Source: an uncultured Terracidiphilus sp. (GTDB lineage: Bacteria; Acidobacteriota; Terriglobia; Terriglobales; Acidobacteriaceae). Taken from it: a stretch of 56,715 nt of DNA. How positions within the stretch are numbered: position 1 is the first letter of the stretch; each line of letters begins with the position of its first letter. The translations under genes were made by a program, and so were the position numbers. The DNA lies in assembly GCA_964610185.1 (NCBI GenBank), contig CAZSVJ010000001.1:1-56715 (forward strand). Direction: 5' to 3'. The notes beneath the pieces were generated by a model. That model was not told where the DNA came from. It ran no database searches and saw nothing but the letters and a program-made list of their open reading frames with translations. This document shows, one piece after another, positions 17,169-26,724 of this stretch.

Positions 17169-19654
17169 CGCCCGCCCTCCGCTATAACGCGGATGATGCC
17201 GCGCTCTGGGTAATTTGGATCGTTGGCGACACGGAGGATCTGGCCCGCGCCGATCTCAAGAACGTCCGGAAGAGGAAGATAGGTAGTGGTTGCGCCGCGC
17301 TGCCGATACTCGATGTCGAGAACTCCGTTGACGCCGGGGACAGCCTGAATGGCAGCCTCAAGATTGGCGCGGTAGAGAGGCGTTCCGAAGGTAAAGCTGT
17401 CGGCATAGAAGAACCCTGACTTGCCGTTGGGATTTTGCGCGTCGGCAAGCGCGGTGAGAACGCCGGCTTCGACGTCGCTCGAAAGCCATCCCTGCTCGAC
17501 GCAAACAGTAATGACGAGATCGACGGAGACAAGCCACGGCGGGGGAGCGTAGGACTCGTAGCCCGCGAGGCGGCGGCGGTTGAGGAGATCGATGAGGTCA
17601 ATTTGATTTTTTTCCGCGTCCGCGGGATCGGAGGCGGCATTCTGCGTGGGGTCGGCCACGGTGAAGACCGTGAGCCAGCTTCCCGTCCAGCGGAAGGAGG
17701 AGCCGGCGCTGAGAACCCACGACTCCTGCTCGGCTGCGGCCTGATAGTCGGCGGCGGTTACGGCGCGATACTGCACGGCGCGAAAGGCCTGCGGCGCCAT
17801 GCGCTGAATGTGCTGGGCGGTTTCGGCGTCTGAACCGCTGGTGACGTCGAAGGGATTGGAGACCGAAGTGAGGTAGTTGGCGGCATTTTCGCCGATGTTT
17901 TGAATAGCTCCGGCGGCGACGTTGCCCGCCGATCCAAGCCCGATGCGGTACTCGACCTTGTAAACGTCGCCGTTGGCAGGCTGCGCGCCGAATACGCCGT
18001 CACCGAAGCGAATCGTGTCGCCCTGGTCGCCGTCGTATTCCCAGTGGATAGGCGTACCTGTACCGTCGCGCTCAACGACACGCCAGGCCTGCGGATCGAC
18101 TGTGAAGGCGGACTCGCCGGCGGTGGCGTCGAGGAGGCTGGTGGAGAAGCTGAAGCTCTCAGGCTCCGGAACGACGCGGTTTAGGAGAATCTCCGGCTGC
18201 GGCTCGGCTGTATCGGGATCGACGGATGAGTCAGTGGCCAGTTGCGAGGGCAGCCAGGCGAGCCGGCCGTTGGCGGCGTTCGCGCGCGAAAGCGGATAGC
18301 GGAAGATCCAGTTTGGCGCGGCGTCTGAGCCGTTGGGCCCATAGCGGGCGACGGCAATCAACATGCCCTGTGCGCCGGGCGGCGGCGTGGCGATGGCGAA
18401 ATTCTCACTAAAACGCTGGCCCTGTGTGGCGGGGAGAAGATTTCCGGCGACAGTGGTTGCGGTGAGGTCGCGCTCGTCGGTGAGTGCGTCCGATGCGCCC
18501 CACTGGATGAGCGTTACCTTGGTCGGATTGATGCCGGTCTTGAAGATGGGGTCTTCGAGTTCTACCGCGCCGGTGAGCGTGACAACCTGGCGAAGGCTTT
18601 GTCCGGGCAGATCGGTCTGGATGAGCAGTTGCGCCGGACCTGCCTTGATTGCAGCTTCAAATTTGAAGCCGTGGCCGAGGAGATACATCTGTGTTGCGCC
18701 GCAGGGGAGAGTTTTCTGGCTGTCATCGAACCAGTAGGGCTGAATGCCGCTGTTCCACTTCATATTGGTGCTGTAGTTGGTTGTGTCGTTAAGCCCGGCG
18801 CCGATCTCGAAGGGGACGGTGACGCCGTCGGGCGTGGTTGCAGTGACAAGGATTCCGGCGGGAACGGACGAACCGGTGACATTGCACTGTACTTGAGTGC
18901 TGGCGGAGAGCGCAGGGGAGGGCTCATAGTCGACGAGGCGGGCGAGGCTCACCAGGGAGCGCTGCTGCGTGGCGGTGAGCAGTTGGGCCTCGGTGGCGAC
19001 GCGATCCTGGAGGTAGCTGAGCTCGTCGCCGAGCTGGCAGAGGGCCTCCATGAACATGACACCAAAGTCGGCCTCCGAGCGCTCCTGCCACGAAGGGTAG
19101 CGCTGCGAGGAGAAATTGCCGAGGGCGAGCTTGAAGCTTTGGAAATCTTTGGCGGTGTAGTCGATGGCCGGGAGCGGAGGCTCATCGTCGGGGCAGCAGT
19201 CGCACTGCGGCGCGCAGTCAAACTCCGAGGGGCAGAGAACCTTGAAGGAGAAGTTCGCGCTCGAGTACATGGGGTCGAGCTTGGGGAGGGGAACGTAACT
19301 CCCCGGCGGGCCGCCGGAGAGTGGCTTATCGCTAGTAAGCGTGATGGTGTAGGTCGAAAAGTCCCCGGCCTGGTTGACTCGAACGGTCAGGATGCGGTTG
19401 CCGTTCGAATCTGTGCTCCAGTCGGTAGCGGCGTGGATTTCGTCGGCCTTGATCCCGGTGATCCGCTCCCCGCCGGTGATTGTAGCCAGCATTTTCAGCG
19501 GCGCGGCGGGGGTTACGTCGACAGAGTTGAGGAAATGGACGTAGAGCGTTTTTGCGTCCACGGTCTTCAGCTCGACGAAGCTGATGCCGTTGACGGCGGT
19601 GGAGTCGATCACCTTGCCGAGTCGGTTGCGCGGTTCTGACAAGCTCTTTGTCAT
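17165..19654 (-). CDS. Putative baseplate assembly protein (J/gp47 family)
   Basis: IDYTAKDFQSF, WQERSEADFG, LSYLQDRVATEA, IRFGDGVFG, YRIGLG..GN, RAVTAADY, FRWTGSW. Confidence 0.88.
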   Translation of the reverse strand: MTKSLSEPRNRLGKVIDSTAVNGISFVELKTVDAKTLYVHFLNSVDVTPAAPLKMLATITGGERITGIKADEIHAATDWSTDSNGNRILTVRVNQAGDFSTYTITLTSDKPLSGGPPGSYVPLPKLDPMYSSANFSFKVLCPSEFDCAPQCDCCPDDEPPLPAIDYTAKDFQSFKLALGNFSSQRYPSWQERSEADFGVMFMEALCQLGDELSYLQDRVATEAQLLTATQQRSLVSLARLVDYEPSPALSASTQVQCNVTGSSVPAGILVTATTPDGVTVPFEIGAGLNDTTNYSTNMKWNSGIQPYWFDDSQKTLPCGATQMYLLGHGFKFEAAIKAGPAQLLIQTDLPGQSLRQVVTLTGAVELEDPIFKTGINPTKVTLIQWGASDALTDERDLTATTVAGNLLPATQGQRFSENFAIATPPPGAQGMLIAVARYGPNGSDAAPNWIFRYPLSRANAANGRLAWLPSQLATDSSVDPDTAEPQPEILLNRVVPEPESFSFSTSLLDATAGESAFTVDPQAWRVVERDGTGTPIHWEYDGDQGDTIRFGDGVFGAQPANGDVYKVEYRIGLGSAGNVAAGAIQNIGENAANYLTSVSNPFDVTSGSDAETAQHIQRMAPQAFRAVQYRAVTAADYQAAAEQESWVLSAGSSFRWTGSWLTVFTVADPTQNAASDPADAEKNQIDLIDLLNRRRLAGYESYAPPPWLVSVDLVITVCVEQGWLSSDVEAGVLTALADAQNPNGKSGFFYADSFTFGTPLYRANLEAAIQAVPGVNGVLDIEYRQRGATTTYLPLPDVLEIGAGQILRVANDPNYPERGIIRVIAEGGR

Positions 19655-19656
19655 TT

Positions 19657-20064
19657 TCAGATCACCTGAACCTGTGTCTGCTGGATTGTCTGGGTTTCAA
19701 TGAGAACGTAAGTAATCTGCACGACCACCATTCCGTCCTGAAGTGGGGGGCCGGGGACAGGGCCGCCTGTGGACCCGCTCTGCGTTGCCACGGTCACGTC
19801 CTGCACGGTGATTTGATTGCCGAGCCATTGATTGAGAGCCTGGGTGACGGTGATTTTCGCGGCGGCGGCGAGCGAGGAATTCATCGGAGCGAAGAGCAGG
19901 CGGCGCAGACCTGCTCCGAAGGTGGGCATGCAGACGCGCTCGCCGGGATTGGTCAAGAGAACCTGCTGGATCATCTGCTCGACATGGGAGGCGTAGTCAG
20001 TCTGCGCGGCCTGGCCCGAGGCTGCGTCGATAGCAAATGGATAGCGGATATCTCGGCGAATCAT
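19657..20064 (-). CDS. GPW/gp25 family baseplate protein
   Basis: YPFAID...HVEQMIQQVLLTNPGERV.MPTFGAGL...LFAP; AGGAGG RBS. Confidence 0.9.
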   Translation of the reverse strand: MIRRDIRYPFAIDAASGQAAQTDYASHVEQMIQQVLLTNPGERVCMPTFGAGLRRLLFAPMNSSLAAAAKITVTQALNQWLGNQITVQDVTVATQSGSTGGPVPGPPLQDGMVVVQITYVLIETQTIQQTQVQVI

Positions 20065-20115
20065 TTGCGGCCTCCTTTGGTGTGTTCGCGATTCATTTCT
20101 TTGCGGCTCCTCTGG

Positions 20116-20442
20116 CTAAGTTCCTGCGACCTGCGTCTGCGTGGATTGAATGAGCACCGCGCCCTGTGGGGCCTGCGTGGCCGCCAGGCAAAGGCCGACG
20201 CTCGACTCGGTGAGCGCATTGGAGCCAACCTGCACTTGCTGCGCGGGCATGGTCCATTGCACGGAGACGCAGGGCATGGGCACGACGCCGACAACAAAGG
20301 GGCAGCCTGCGATGACGAAGGTGTCTGTGGCCTGAAGAATCGGCGCGCCACCGGCCTGAGCCTGCGTTTGCGAAGGTGTGGCGACGACAGTGCCGCCGTG
20401 GGGGCACATCATGGATGCCGCGGCTGTTAGAAGGTCTGGCAT
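20116..20442 (-). CDS. PAAR-like (DUF4280-like) spike tip protein
   Basis: CPHGG, GCPF, PC..VQW and S.GLC Cys/His pattern; directly follows the spike gene. Confidence 0.75.
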   Translation of the reverse strand: MPDLLTAAASMMCPHGGTVVATPSQTQAQAGGAPILQATDTFVIAGCPFVVGVVPMPCVSVQWTMPAQQVQVGSNALTESSVGLCLAATQAPQGAVLIQSTQTQVAGT

Positions 20443-20948
20443 CAGAGCACCTCCAGAGCGCCACTGTTCACGTTGACGCCGCTAGCGCCGATCGCCACCG
20501 AGCTTGAGCCCGAGGTGGAGGTGACTCCGCTTGAATCGAGCACGACGGTGTTCTGCTGCGCGTCGGTCATCGTGATGCTGCCGGCGTTGTCGTCGAGCGC
20601 GATGGAGCCGCCGGCAGTGATGACTGCCTTGACGGTTGCGCTGGCTTGCGAAGGGATGTCGCCCGAGGCCCAGAACATTCCGGCCCAGATGGGATAGGAA
20701 ACATCGCCGCCCTCGAACTCGATCCAGACACAACTGCCCACCTCCGGCAACATGATGAAGCCGACTTGCGGCCCAGCATAGGGAACGCAAGGCATGGCCC
20801 AGCCCGTGCCTCCGTTTGGCAGCACGGATGGAACCGCCGCCTTTACGCGCATCGTTGAGGCGTCTACATCGGTGACGACGCCGCGATACTTGCCGAAAAA
20901 GCGGTTGCGGATCCGGTCAGCCAGATCGTTGAGGAGGGGATCGGTCAC
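20442..20948 (-). CDS. Phage baseplate assembly protein V (Gp5 OB-fold spike)
   Basis: GTG at 20948 overlaps the upstream TGA. FFGKYRGVV, WAMPCVPYAG, LPEVG..VWIEFEGGD...PIW.G. Confidence 0.9.
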   Translation of the reverse strand: MTDPLLNDLADRIRNRFFGKYRGVVTDVDASTMRVKAAVPSVLPNGGTGWAMPCVPYAGPQVGFIMLPEVGSCVWIEFEGGDVSYPIWAGMFWASGDIPSQASATVKAVITAGGSIALDDNAGSITMTDAQQNTVVLDSSGVTSTSGSSSVAIGASGVNVNSGALEVL

Positions 20949-22075
20949 AGGCTCACACCTCCGGGGAGCGAGCTGCCGCCAGAGGCGGCGCCCATTGCGT
21001 TGCGCACCAGCACGAAGTCCATGGTGTGCTGCTGCGAGGTGATCTTGTGGCGCACGCTCCACACGTAGTAATTGCCGGAGTGGAGCGAACCTGCCGTAGT
21101 GAGCTGCGCCACGGTTCCGGCGCGAAGAATGGAGCCGAGGCGGCCCACATCCGCCGTGCCCTTGCAGCGGACGAACCAGCCCGCCTCAGTAAGCACGGAC
21201 TGCGCGCGCATGGTGAGTTCCTGCGCGGAGTCGACGGTTGCGGTCAGCAGCGAAGTGACCGTAGTGCCGGTAAACTGCGCCAGGCTTTGCGCCTCCATGG
21301 GGTCGATGCCGGAGTCGCTTGTAGTGCCGCCCGCGCCGGTTGAGTCGGGGCTTGCGACCAGCTCCTGCATGGCGATGGTCGCTGTCGGACGCATCACATC
21401 CCAGCTGATATCGAGCGCGTTGACCGTCGCCGCGTTCATGTCGTTGAGGGTGAGAGTGGTTGCCGGATCGCCGCTTGTCGAGGGGCGCGCGAAGGTTCCG
21501 GTGCGCTGGCCTGGAGTGTCCGTGCAAAAAACGCGGAAGATTTTGCCGGTGCGCTTGGCAAGGCGGCGAAGAAACTGGGCATCGGTGCCCCGCTGCATGA
21601 GGGTGTTGGTGTCGGAAGTGTACGCCGGGGAGTCGTCGTCGGAGTTCGCGCTATCGGGCGTGATGCCGTAGTTGCCGAAGATGCTTGCAGCCACCTGCGA
21701 GTCCGTGACATCGGCCCACTCCTTGGCCTGCTCGGTAGTATTCATGAGCCAGCTTGCATCCTGGCCCCAAATCTCGATGGTGCTGGAGGAGGTGCCGGTA
21801 TCGAGGTGAACGGTCTGGGCGAGGAGATAGCCGTCGATGAGGCATTGCGCCTGGCCATCGGCCGCGGTTGCGACCAGCGTCACATTGGTGAGCGGGGCCA
21901 TGCGCGAGTCGACGACGAGGTCGTAGTCGCCGGACTGCGTGACGTTCAGCGGCAGCTTGATGGAGAATGCGCCGGGGAGCTCGACGTTCTCCTCGATTTG
22001 AATCTCAACCATTGCAGTGGAGAGATCCGTGGCCGCCTGGCCGGCGAACGACAATGTAAAGGAACTGGGCGGCAT
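20945..22075 (-). CDS. Phage late control D family / gp27-like hub protein
   Basis: IEIWGQDASWLM, W..VTDSQVA..IF..YG, QRGTDAQFLRRLA.R.G, SGNYYV.SV.H. Confidence 0.85.
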   Translation of the reverse strand: MPPSSFTLSFAGQAATDLSTAMVEIQIEENVELPGAFSIKLPLNVTQSGDYDLVVDSRMAPLTNVTLVATAADGQAQCLIDGYLLAQTVHLDTGTSSSTIEIWGQDASWLMNTTEQAKEWADVTDSQVAASIFGNYGITPDSANSDDDSPAYTSDTNTLMQRGTDAQFLRRLAKRTGKIFRVFCTDTPGQRTGTFARPSTSGDPATTLTLNDMNAATVNALDISWDVMRPTATIAMQELVASPDSTGAGGTTSDSGIDPMEAQSLAQFTGTTVTSLLTATVDSAQELTMRAQSVLTEAGWFVRCKGTADVGRLGSILRAGTVAQLTTAGSLHSGNYYVWSVRHKITSQQHTMDFVLVRNAMGAASGGSSLPGGVSL

Positions 22076-22354
22076 CTATTGGCCTCCTACGGGAATGCCA
22101 ATGAGCGGGCGGGCCTCAAGCGCGCCGGCTGAGGGGCAATCGTTGGCATCGCACAACTGCCAGAAGAGAGTGGGGTCCTGTAGATAGCGCGCAGCGAGAA
22201 GATCGAGGCGGTCGCCCTGGGCTCTTGTGTGGTAACCGGCCAGGCCCATGCCGGCCGGCGACTGCCACAACCGTGTGGCCGTAACCATGCGCCCATCGGG
22301 CAGGGTCACGGTGTAAGTGCCGAGATTTACATACCTGCTGTCCGTTGCAAACAT
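22076..22354 (-). CDS. Small LysM / tail X-like protein
   Basis: MF...SRY...GDRLDLLAARYL.DP..FWQLCDAN. Confidence 0.8.
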   Translation of the reverse strand: MFATDSRYVNLGTYTVTLPDGRMVTATRLWQSPAGMGLAGYHTRAQGDRLDLLAARYLQDPTLFWQLCDANDCPSAGALEARPLIGIPVGGQ

Positions 22355-22372
22355 CCGTGGTTCCTTTCCTGC

Positions 22373-23077
22373 TTAAACCGGCAACATTCCCGTGATGGAT
22401 TCGACTGCGTTGGCGAGGTTTGCAATTGCCAGGGCCTCGCGCAATCCGCTGGTGTAGGTGGCGGCCATGTTGGCGAGCGTTCCGAGCGGCCCGTCTACGT
22501 ATTGCAGCTCCGGCGGTGTGAGGACCTTGAGCGAAAGCTGCGCCTCGGCGTGGATGGGATTGAGCAGCGTGCCATCGTACAGTTTTTCAGTAATCGTGAG
22601 CGCAGTGACCCGCACAGGGGCGATCCGGCCGGGGCCCCAGATGAAGAGAACCGTGGGCAACTGTGCGGCGGGGACCTGTGTTGCCGGAGGCGAGCTTGTC
22701 AAACCCAGCGCGGAGGAGACAGAGCCGATGAGACCGCCGCCCGGAGGCGCCGTGGGAAAGAGCAGCATTTCCATAGCGGCGATGCGCGGGTAGACGCCGC
22801 TCAACTCGGCAAGGCCCGCGGTAACGGCGCTGCCATCGGCGATGGTGTCGTTCGAGTCCATCATGATGGTGAAAGAGAAGGACTCCTCGGGCGGCCCGGT
22901 AATCGCGAGCGGGTTGCTGGGACTCTGTCCGGGAGTGTTCGCGCCGCCCGAGTGCGCGGGGGTCCAGGTGTGGGTCATCGTCTCCGGGTTGTACTGGAAA
23001 AGGATCACGTTGGGCACAGGGATCGGGAAGCTCTCCATGAACTCGATCAACGCACCGCGCAAATATTGTCCTGCCAT
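22373..23077 (-). CDS. CIS tube-initiator protein (Afp7/Pvc7-like)
   Basis: FQYNPETM, LPTVLFIWG..RI.PV.VT.L.ITE..YD...NPI.A; ATG at 23077. Confidence 0.8.
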   Translation of the reverse strand: MAGQYLRGALIEFMESFPIPVPNVILFQYNPETMTHTWTPAHSGGANTPGQSPSNPLAITGPPEESFSFTIMMDSNDTIADGSAVTAGLAELSGVYPRIAAMEMLLFPTAPPGGGLIGSVSSALGLTSSPPATQVPAAQLPTVLFIWGPGRIAPVRVTALTITEKLYDGTLLNPIHAEAQLSLKVLTPPELQYVDGPLGTLANMAATYTSGLREALAIANLANAVESITGMLPV

Positions 23078-23082
23078 GCTAA

Positions 23083-23349
23083 TCACCCAACCCGTTCGAG
23101 AACTGATCGCACAATTGCATCCGCCAACTGCTCCCATCCGTGGCTGGCGGCCTGATCGTTGAGCTCGATGGTGAGATCGCCCCAGTCGTCGCCGCTCTTT
23201 TTCCGCGCAGCCGCGTCATCCGGTTTTGCCGCGCCGCCCGTCTTTGCCGCGCTCAGTCCCTGGCCCACGCGCTCGGCGACGGCCGCGCCGTCTTCCGGGC
23301 CAAGGCCTGGAATCGCAAGTACCAGCCGATCAATCATGATCTCGTCCAT
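23083..23349 (-). CDS. Hypothetical eCIS protein
   Basis: 88-aa ORF tightly packed in the operon (IDRLVL.IPG...LADAIV). Confidence 0.7.
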   Translation of the reverse strand: MDEIMIDRLVLAIPGLGPEDGAAVAERVGQGLSAAKTGGAAKPDDAAARKKSGDDWGDLTIELNDQAASHGWEQLADAIVRSVLERVG

Positions 23350-23358
23350 CGATCTCCT

Positions 23359-25401
23359 TCAGCGCAGCGCCGTGACCTTGCCGATCGGCGCGTGAATCAA
23401 GTGTCCCTGCTTGCCGTACTCGCGCTCCGCGGCGCGCTCAATGTCTTCCATCTCGATGGGCTGGCCCTTGCCCCGCGCGAGGAATGCCGCGCCAAGAGCA
23501 ATCGCCTTGATCTGCGCGCCGGTTACCTCGAGATCGCGCGCCAACTGATCAAGGTCGAGAATGCCGCGAATCCGCTCTCCGCTCGGCGCCTGCTCGAGCA
23601 GGGACTTCTCCCACAGAATCTTCCGCTCCCTGACTCCGGGGCTGACGAAATCGACGACGAAGCGCAGGCGGCGCAGGAAAGCCGTGTCCAGATCGTTGCG
23701 GCGGTTGGTGGCGAGGATCGCGATGCCGTCAAACTGCTCGATGCGCTGGAGCAGATAGTCGATCTCGATGTTGGCGAAGCGGTCGTGCGAGTCCTTGACT
23801 TGCATGCGGCTGCCGAAGAGCGCGTCGGCCTCATCGAAGAAAAGCAGAGCGCCGGAGCGTTCGGCAGCGTCAAAGACATCGCGCAGGCGCTTCTCCGTTT
23901 CGCCGATGTACTTGTTGACCACGCCGGCAAGGTCGACGCGATAGAGGTCAAGGCCGAGCGACCGGGCGAGCACTTGCGCGGCCATGGTCTTGCCTGTGCC
24001 ACTGGGCCCGGCAAAGAGAGCGGAGATTCCCTGGCCAAGATGCACGAGACGAGAAAAGCCCCACTCCTCATAAACTTCCCAGCGCAGCAGGACCTGCGAT
24101 TCAAACTCTCGGAGAGTACGCTCAAGGCTGGGCGAGACAACGAGGTCGTCCCAGATGTACGGGCAGGGCAGCGACTGCATGAGCTCGCCATGGGCTTCGA
24201 CGGCGCGGCGGAGCGCGGAATGCACGTCAGTAGCTGCCGTTGTGGTTGCGGCGAGGCGAATCTCTCCCGGCGTCAGCCGCTGCGTGCGCACGATGGCGGG
24301 CGCCGCCGCGGGCGAGTAGCAACTCCAAATCTCAAGCCGCGTGGCTGTCGAGAGGGGCTTGAGTTGATAGCAATGCGTTGCGTTGGCCTGCGGCTGCGCC
24401 GCTCCGCGAAGGCTGCGGACGCCCATGGCGCGCAGCTCGTTCCACTCCTGCGGCGTGACGGCTTCAGCATCCCGCCAGTAGAGGATCGAACCGGTGGCCC
24501 TGGCCTGCCGCGCGGCGCGAATGAGGCTTTCCATGCGCCCTTCACCGGTTTGGATTGCGAGACCGGGAATCATCGGCGTGGCAACGGCAAGCAGCGGCCT
24601 GCCGAGCGCGGCGGCAAACTGCGCGGCCAGAGTTTGGCGGCCGGAGCCTTGCGGGCCGCTGAGGACCGGATCGAGGTCCTTCCATTCTGTCTCGCCCGCG
24701 AGCGCGGGACCGAGTTCCGCGAGCATCGCCTCCGTAACGGCTGGATAGCCGATGGGCAGGCCGCGCAACTGCTGGGCGGGAAGCGATCGAGCCCAGTCTG
24801 TTGTGGCAGGGTCGATCCATTGCTCGGCGCGGAGGCTGAGCACAACGGCCTCGTCTGCCTGCCAACCGGCGTCGGCGCGAGCTTGACCGCCGATTGGAGC
24901 AGGATGGGCGAGACGCCAGCGCTTGAGCGCGGTCATGGGCTCGGCCGGACTCTTCCAGCCGAACAGCGCCGATGCCATTGAGGTGGAGGCTTGCGTAGCT
25001 CGCGTATCGTCGGCGATGTATGCGAGCGCGCGGCCCAGCTTTGGTTCCAGTTCCACCGCGACGGCGAGGCACAACAGATCGGACTCGTGCTGCGTGAGCG
25101 AGAAGGTCGAGATAAGATGCGACCAGTACTCGCAGGCGGCGAGGGCTTTGGTTGCGGATGCGGCGGCGCGTGCGAGGCGGGCCGGCGCTTCTTCCTTGAG
25201 GAAGCTCTTGTAGCGCGCGGCTTCGCCTTGCGGGTCGGCGAGGATGCGCCGCACTTCACCGGGATGAATTGCGAGGCTCTGGTCGACGCTCGTCTCGCCG
25301 TGCTGCCAGAGACGTTCCATCCAATCCGCACGCAACTGGGCGCAGGCGCGCACTCGGGCAATGACTGCGTCTGAGGCACGAATTGGAGGGCGTCTGGTCA
25401 T
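23359..25401 (-). CDS. eCIS AAA+ ATPase (Afp15/Pvc15-like)
   Basis: Degenerate first P-loop GPQGSGRQT, then Walker A GPSGTGKT, KYIGETEK, Walker B LLFFDEAD, ATN...D.AF.RR. ATG at 25401 overlaps the upstream TGA. Confidence 0.93.
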   Translation of the reverse strand: MTRRPPIRASDAVIARVRACAQLRADWMERLWQHGETSVDQSLAIHPGEVRRILADPQGEAARYKSFLKEEAPARLARAAASATKALAACEYWSHLISTFSLTQHESDLLCLAVAVELEPKLGRALAYIADDTRATQASTSMASALFGWKSPAEPMTALKRWRLAHPAPIGGQARADAGWQADEAVVLSLRAEQWIDPATTDWARSLPAQQLRGLPIGYPAVTEAMLAELGPALAGETEWKDLDPVLSGPQGSGRQTLAAQFAAALGRPLLAVATPMIPGLAIQTGEGRMESLIRAARQARATGSILYWRDAEAVTPQEWNELRAMGVRSLRGAAQPQANATHCYQLKPLSTATRLEIWSCYSPAAAPAIVRTQRLTPGEIRLAATTTAATDVHSALRRAVEAHGELMQSLPCPYIWDDLVVSPSLERTLREFESQVLLRWEVYEEWGFSRLVHLGQGISALFAGPSGTGKTMAAQVLARSLGLDLYRVDLAGVVNKYIGETEKRLRDVFDAAERSGALLFFDEADALFGSRMQVKDSHDRFANIEIDYLLQRIEQFDGIAILATNRRNDLDTAFLRRLRFVVDFVSPGVRERKILWEKSLLEQAPSGERIRGILDLDQLARDLEVTGAQIKAIALGAAFLARGKGQPIEMEDIERAAEREYGKQGHLIHAPIGKVTALR

Positions 25402-26720
25402 AGGGCCGGAACCTGAATCCACCAGGCGGGCGGGGCTTCTACCTGGTTCACAATAAAGCGCACCTGCATGTATGCCAGCGGCGTGAGCCCGCCGGCCGGC
25501 AGTTGGAAAGAGATCGATCCGGGCGTTGCGCCCGACTGAATGGTTACTGTGGCAACGCCGGGGCCGACGGCGGCCCCAATCGTGAGCGCAGTCTGATCGA
25601 GCAAGACCTGGGTCTGCCCGGCGATGAGGCCATTGGCCTGGAAGGTGTAGGTGTTTGTCGCGTCCGGCGCGAGGACTGTAGTGGCCGCGGTGACACCGAG
25701 CGCGACCGGCCCGATGAGGATCGGGAGCGCATTACTGCGGAAGCCGCTGATGGAATTGCCGACTTTGATCTGGTAGGCGCCGGGCAGAGGCGTGTTGGTG
25801 AGGACAGTGTTGGTGGCTGGCGTTGCGGCGTAGAGCATGTCCTTGGCGTCGAAGATTACGGCGATTTCATCCGCGGCATTGATCGCCCCAGAGAGCGTGG
25901 GATCCGTGATGACCCACGCTGGCGGCAATGGCCACTCCGCCGGTGGAGCTGTCTGGCTCAAGAAGACGTCCGATGCATTTGCCTGGTCGAGACCGCTGCC
26001 ACGCAAGCGAACTGTCTGCCCGACGACTACACACGGCTGCGCGGGAACCACCGTTAGATCGGTTACATCTGTTGCAGTCGGAGGGACGCGTAGCGCTTCC
26101 TGCATTCCTAGCTCGTAGAGCTGAGGCGCCGGCTCTGGAACTGGATCGACGAGGCCAAGGTCGGGACCGACGCTGACGACGATCTCCGTGGGCATGCGCG
26201 AATCGCCAACCGGAGGCTCTGCCGGCTCGAGAAAAACGATGGCGACACGGAACAGAGAGGAGAGGCGTATGGGCATGGTGATGGCCTGCCAAAGGCGGCT
26301 CATCTCTTCAATCGAATCTGCCTGGACAGTGATGGTGAATTCGAAAGAAGGCCCGACGTAAATGGGGTTGGCGTGGAAGTACTGGAGCGCGACGCTCATG
26401 AGGTACTGCTCGAGGTGCCAGTTTTTCTCAGAGTAGCTGGTGAGCAGATAGGAGAGGTTGAGGCTCAAGGGCTGCGCGGCGTTGAGCTGCGCGCCTACGG
26501 TCTGGATGGGCGTGTTGCGGTAGAACGGATCGCGGCCGACGTGGAGCAGGTTGAGGTTCAGGATGCTGGTGCCGTCTTTGCGGGAAACGTCGGGCATGAG
26601 GCCGGTAACTTCAAACGGAAAATTGTTATGGACGTAGCGAGGGGAGTTCTCAATCGACTGCTTGAGATTGGAGATCAGCAGGTGGGTTACCTGTCCGAGA
26701 TCTTGTACTGTGGCCGGCAT
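25398..26720 (-). CDS. DUF4255 / Pvc16-like tail terminator with C-terminal Ig/IPT-like extension
   Basis: LNL.LLHV..DP..RN...PLSLNLSYLLT.Y...EEMSRLWQA......RLS; adjacent to the ATPase. Confidence 0.85.
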   Translation of the reverse strand: MPATVQDLGQVTHLLISNLKQSIENSPRYVHNNFPFEVTGLMPDVSRKDGTSILNLNLLHVGRDPFYRNTPIQTVGAQLNAAQPLSLNLSYLLTSYSEKNWHLEQYLMSVALQYFHANPIYVGPSFEFTITVQADSIEEMSRLWQAITMPIRLSSLFRVAIVFLEPAEPPVGDSRMPTEIVVSVGPDLGLVDPVPEPAPQLYELGMQEALRVPPTATDVTDLTVVPAQPCVVVGQTVRLRGSGLDQANASDVFLSQTAPPAEWPLPPAWVITDPTLSGAINAADEIAVIFDAKDMLYAATPATNTVLTNTPLPGAYQIKVGNSISGFRSNALPILIGPVALGVTAATTVLAPDATNTYTFQANGLIAGQTQVLLDQTALTIGAAVGPGVATVTIQSGATPGSISFQLPAGGLTPLAYMQVRFIVNQVEAPPAWWIQVPAL

Positions 26721-26724
26721 CGCG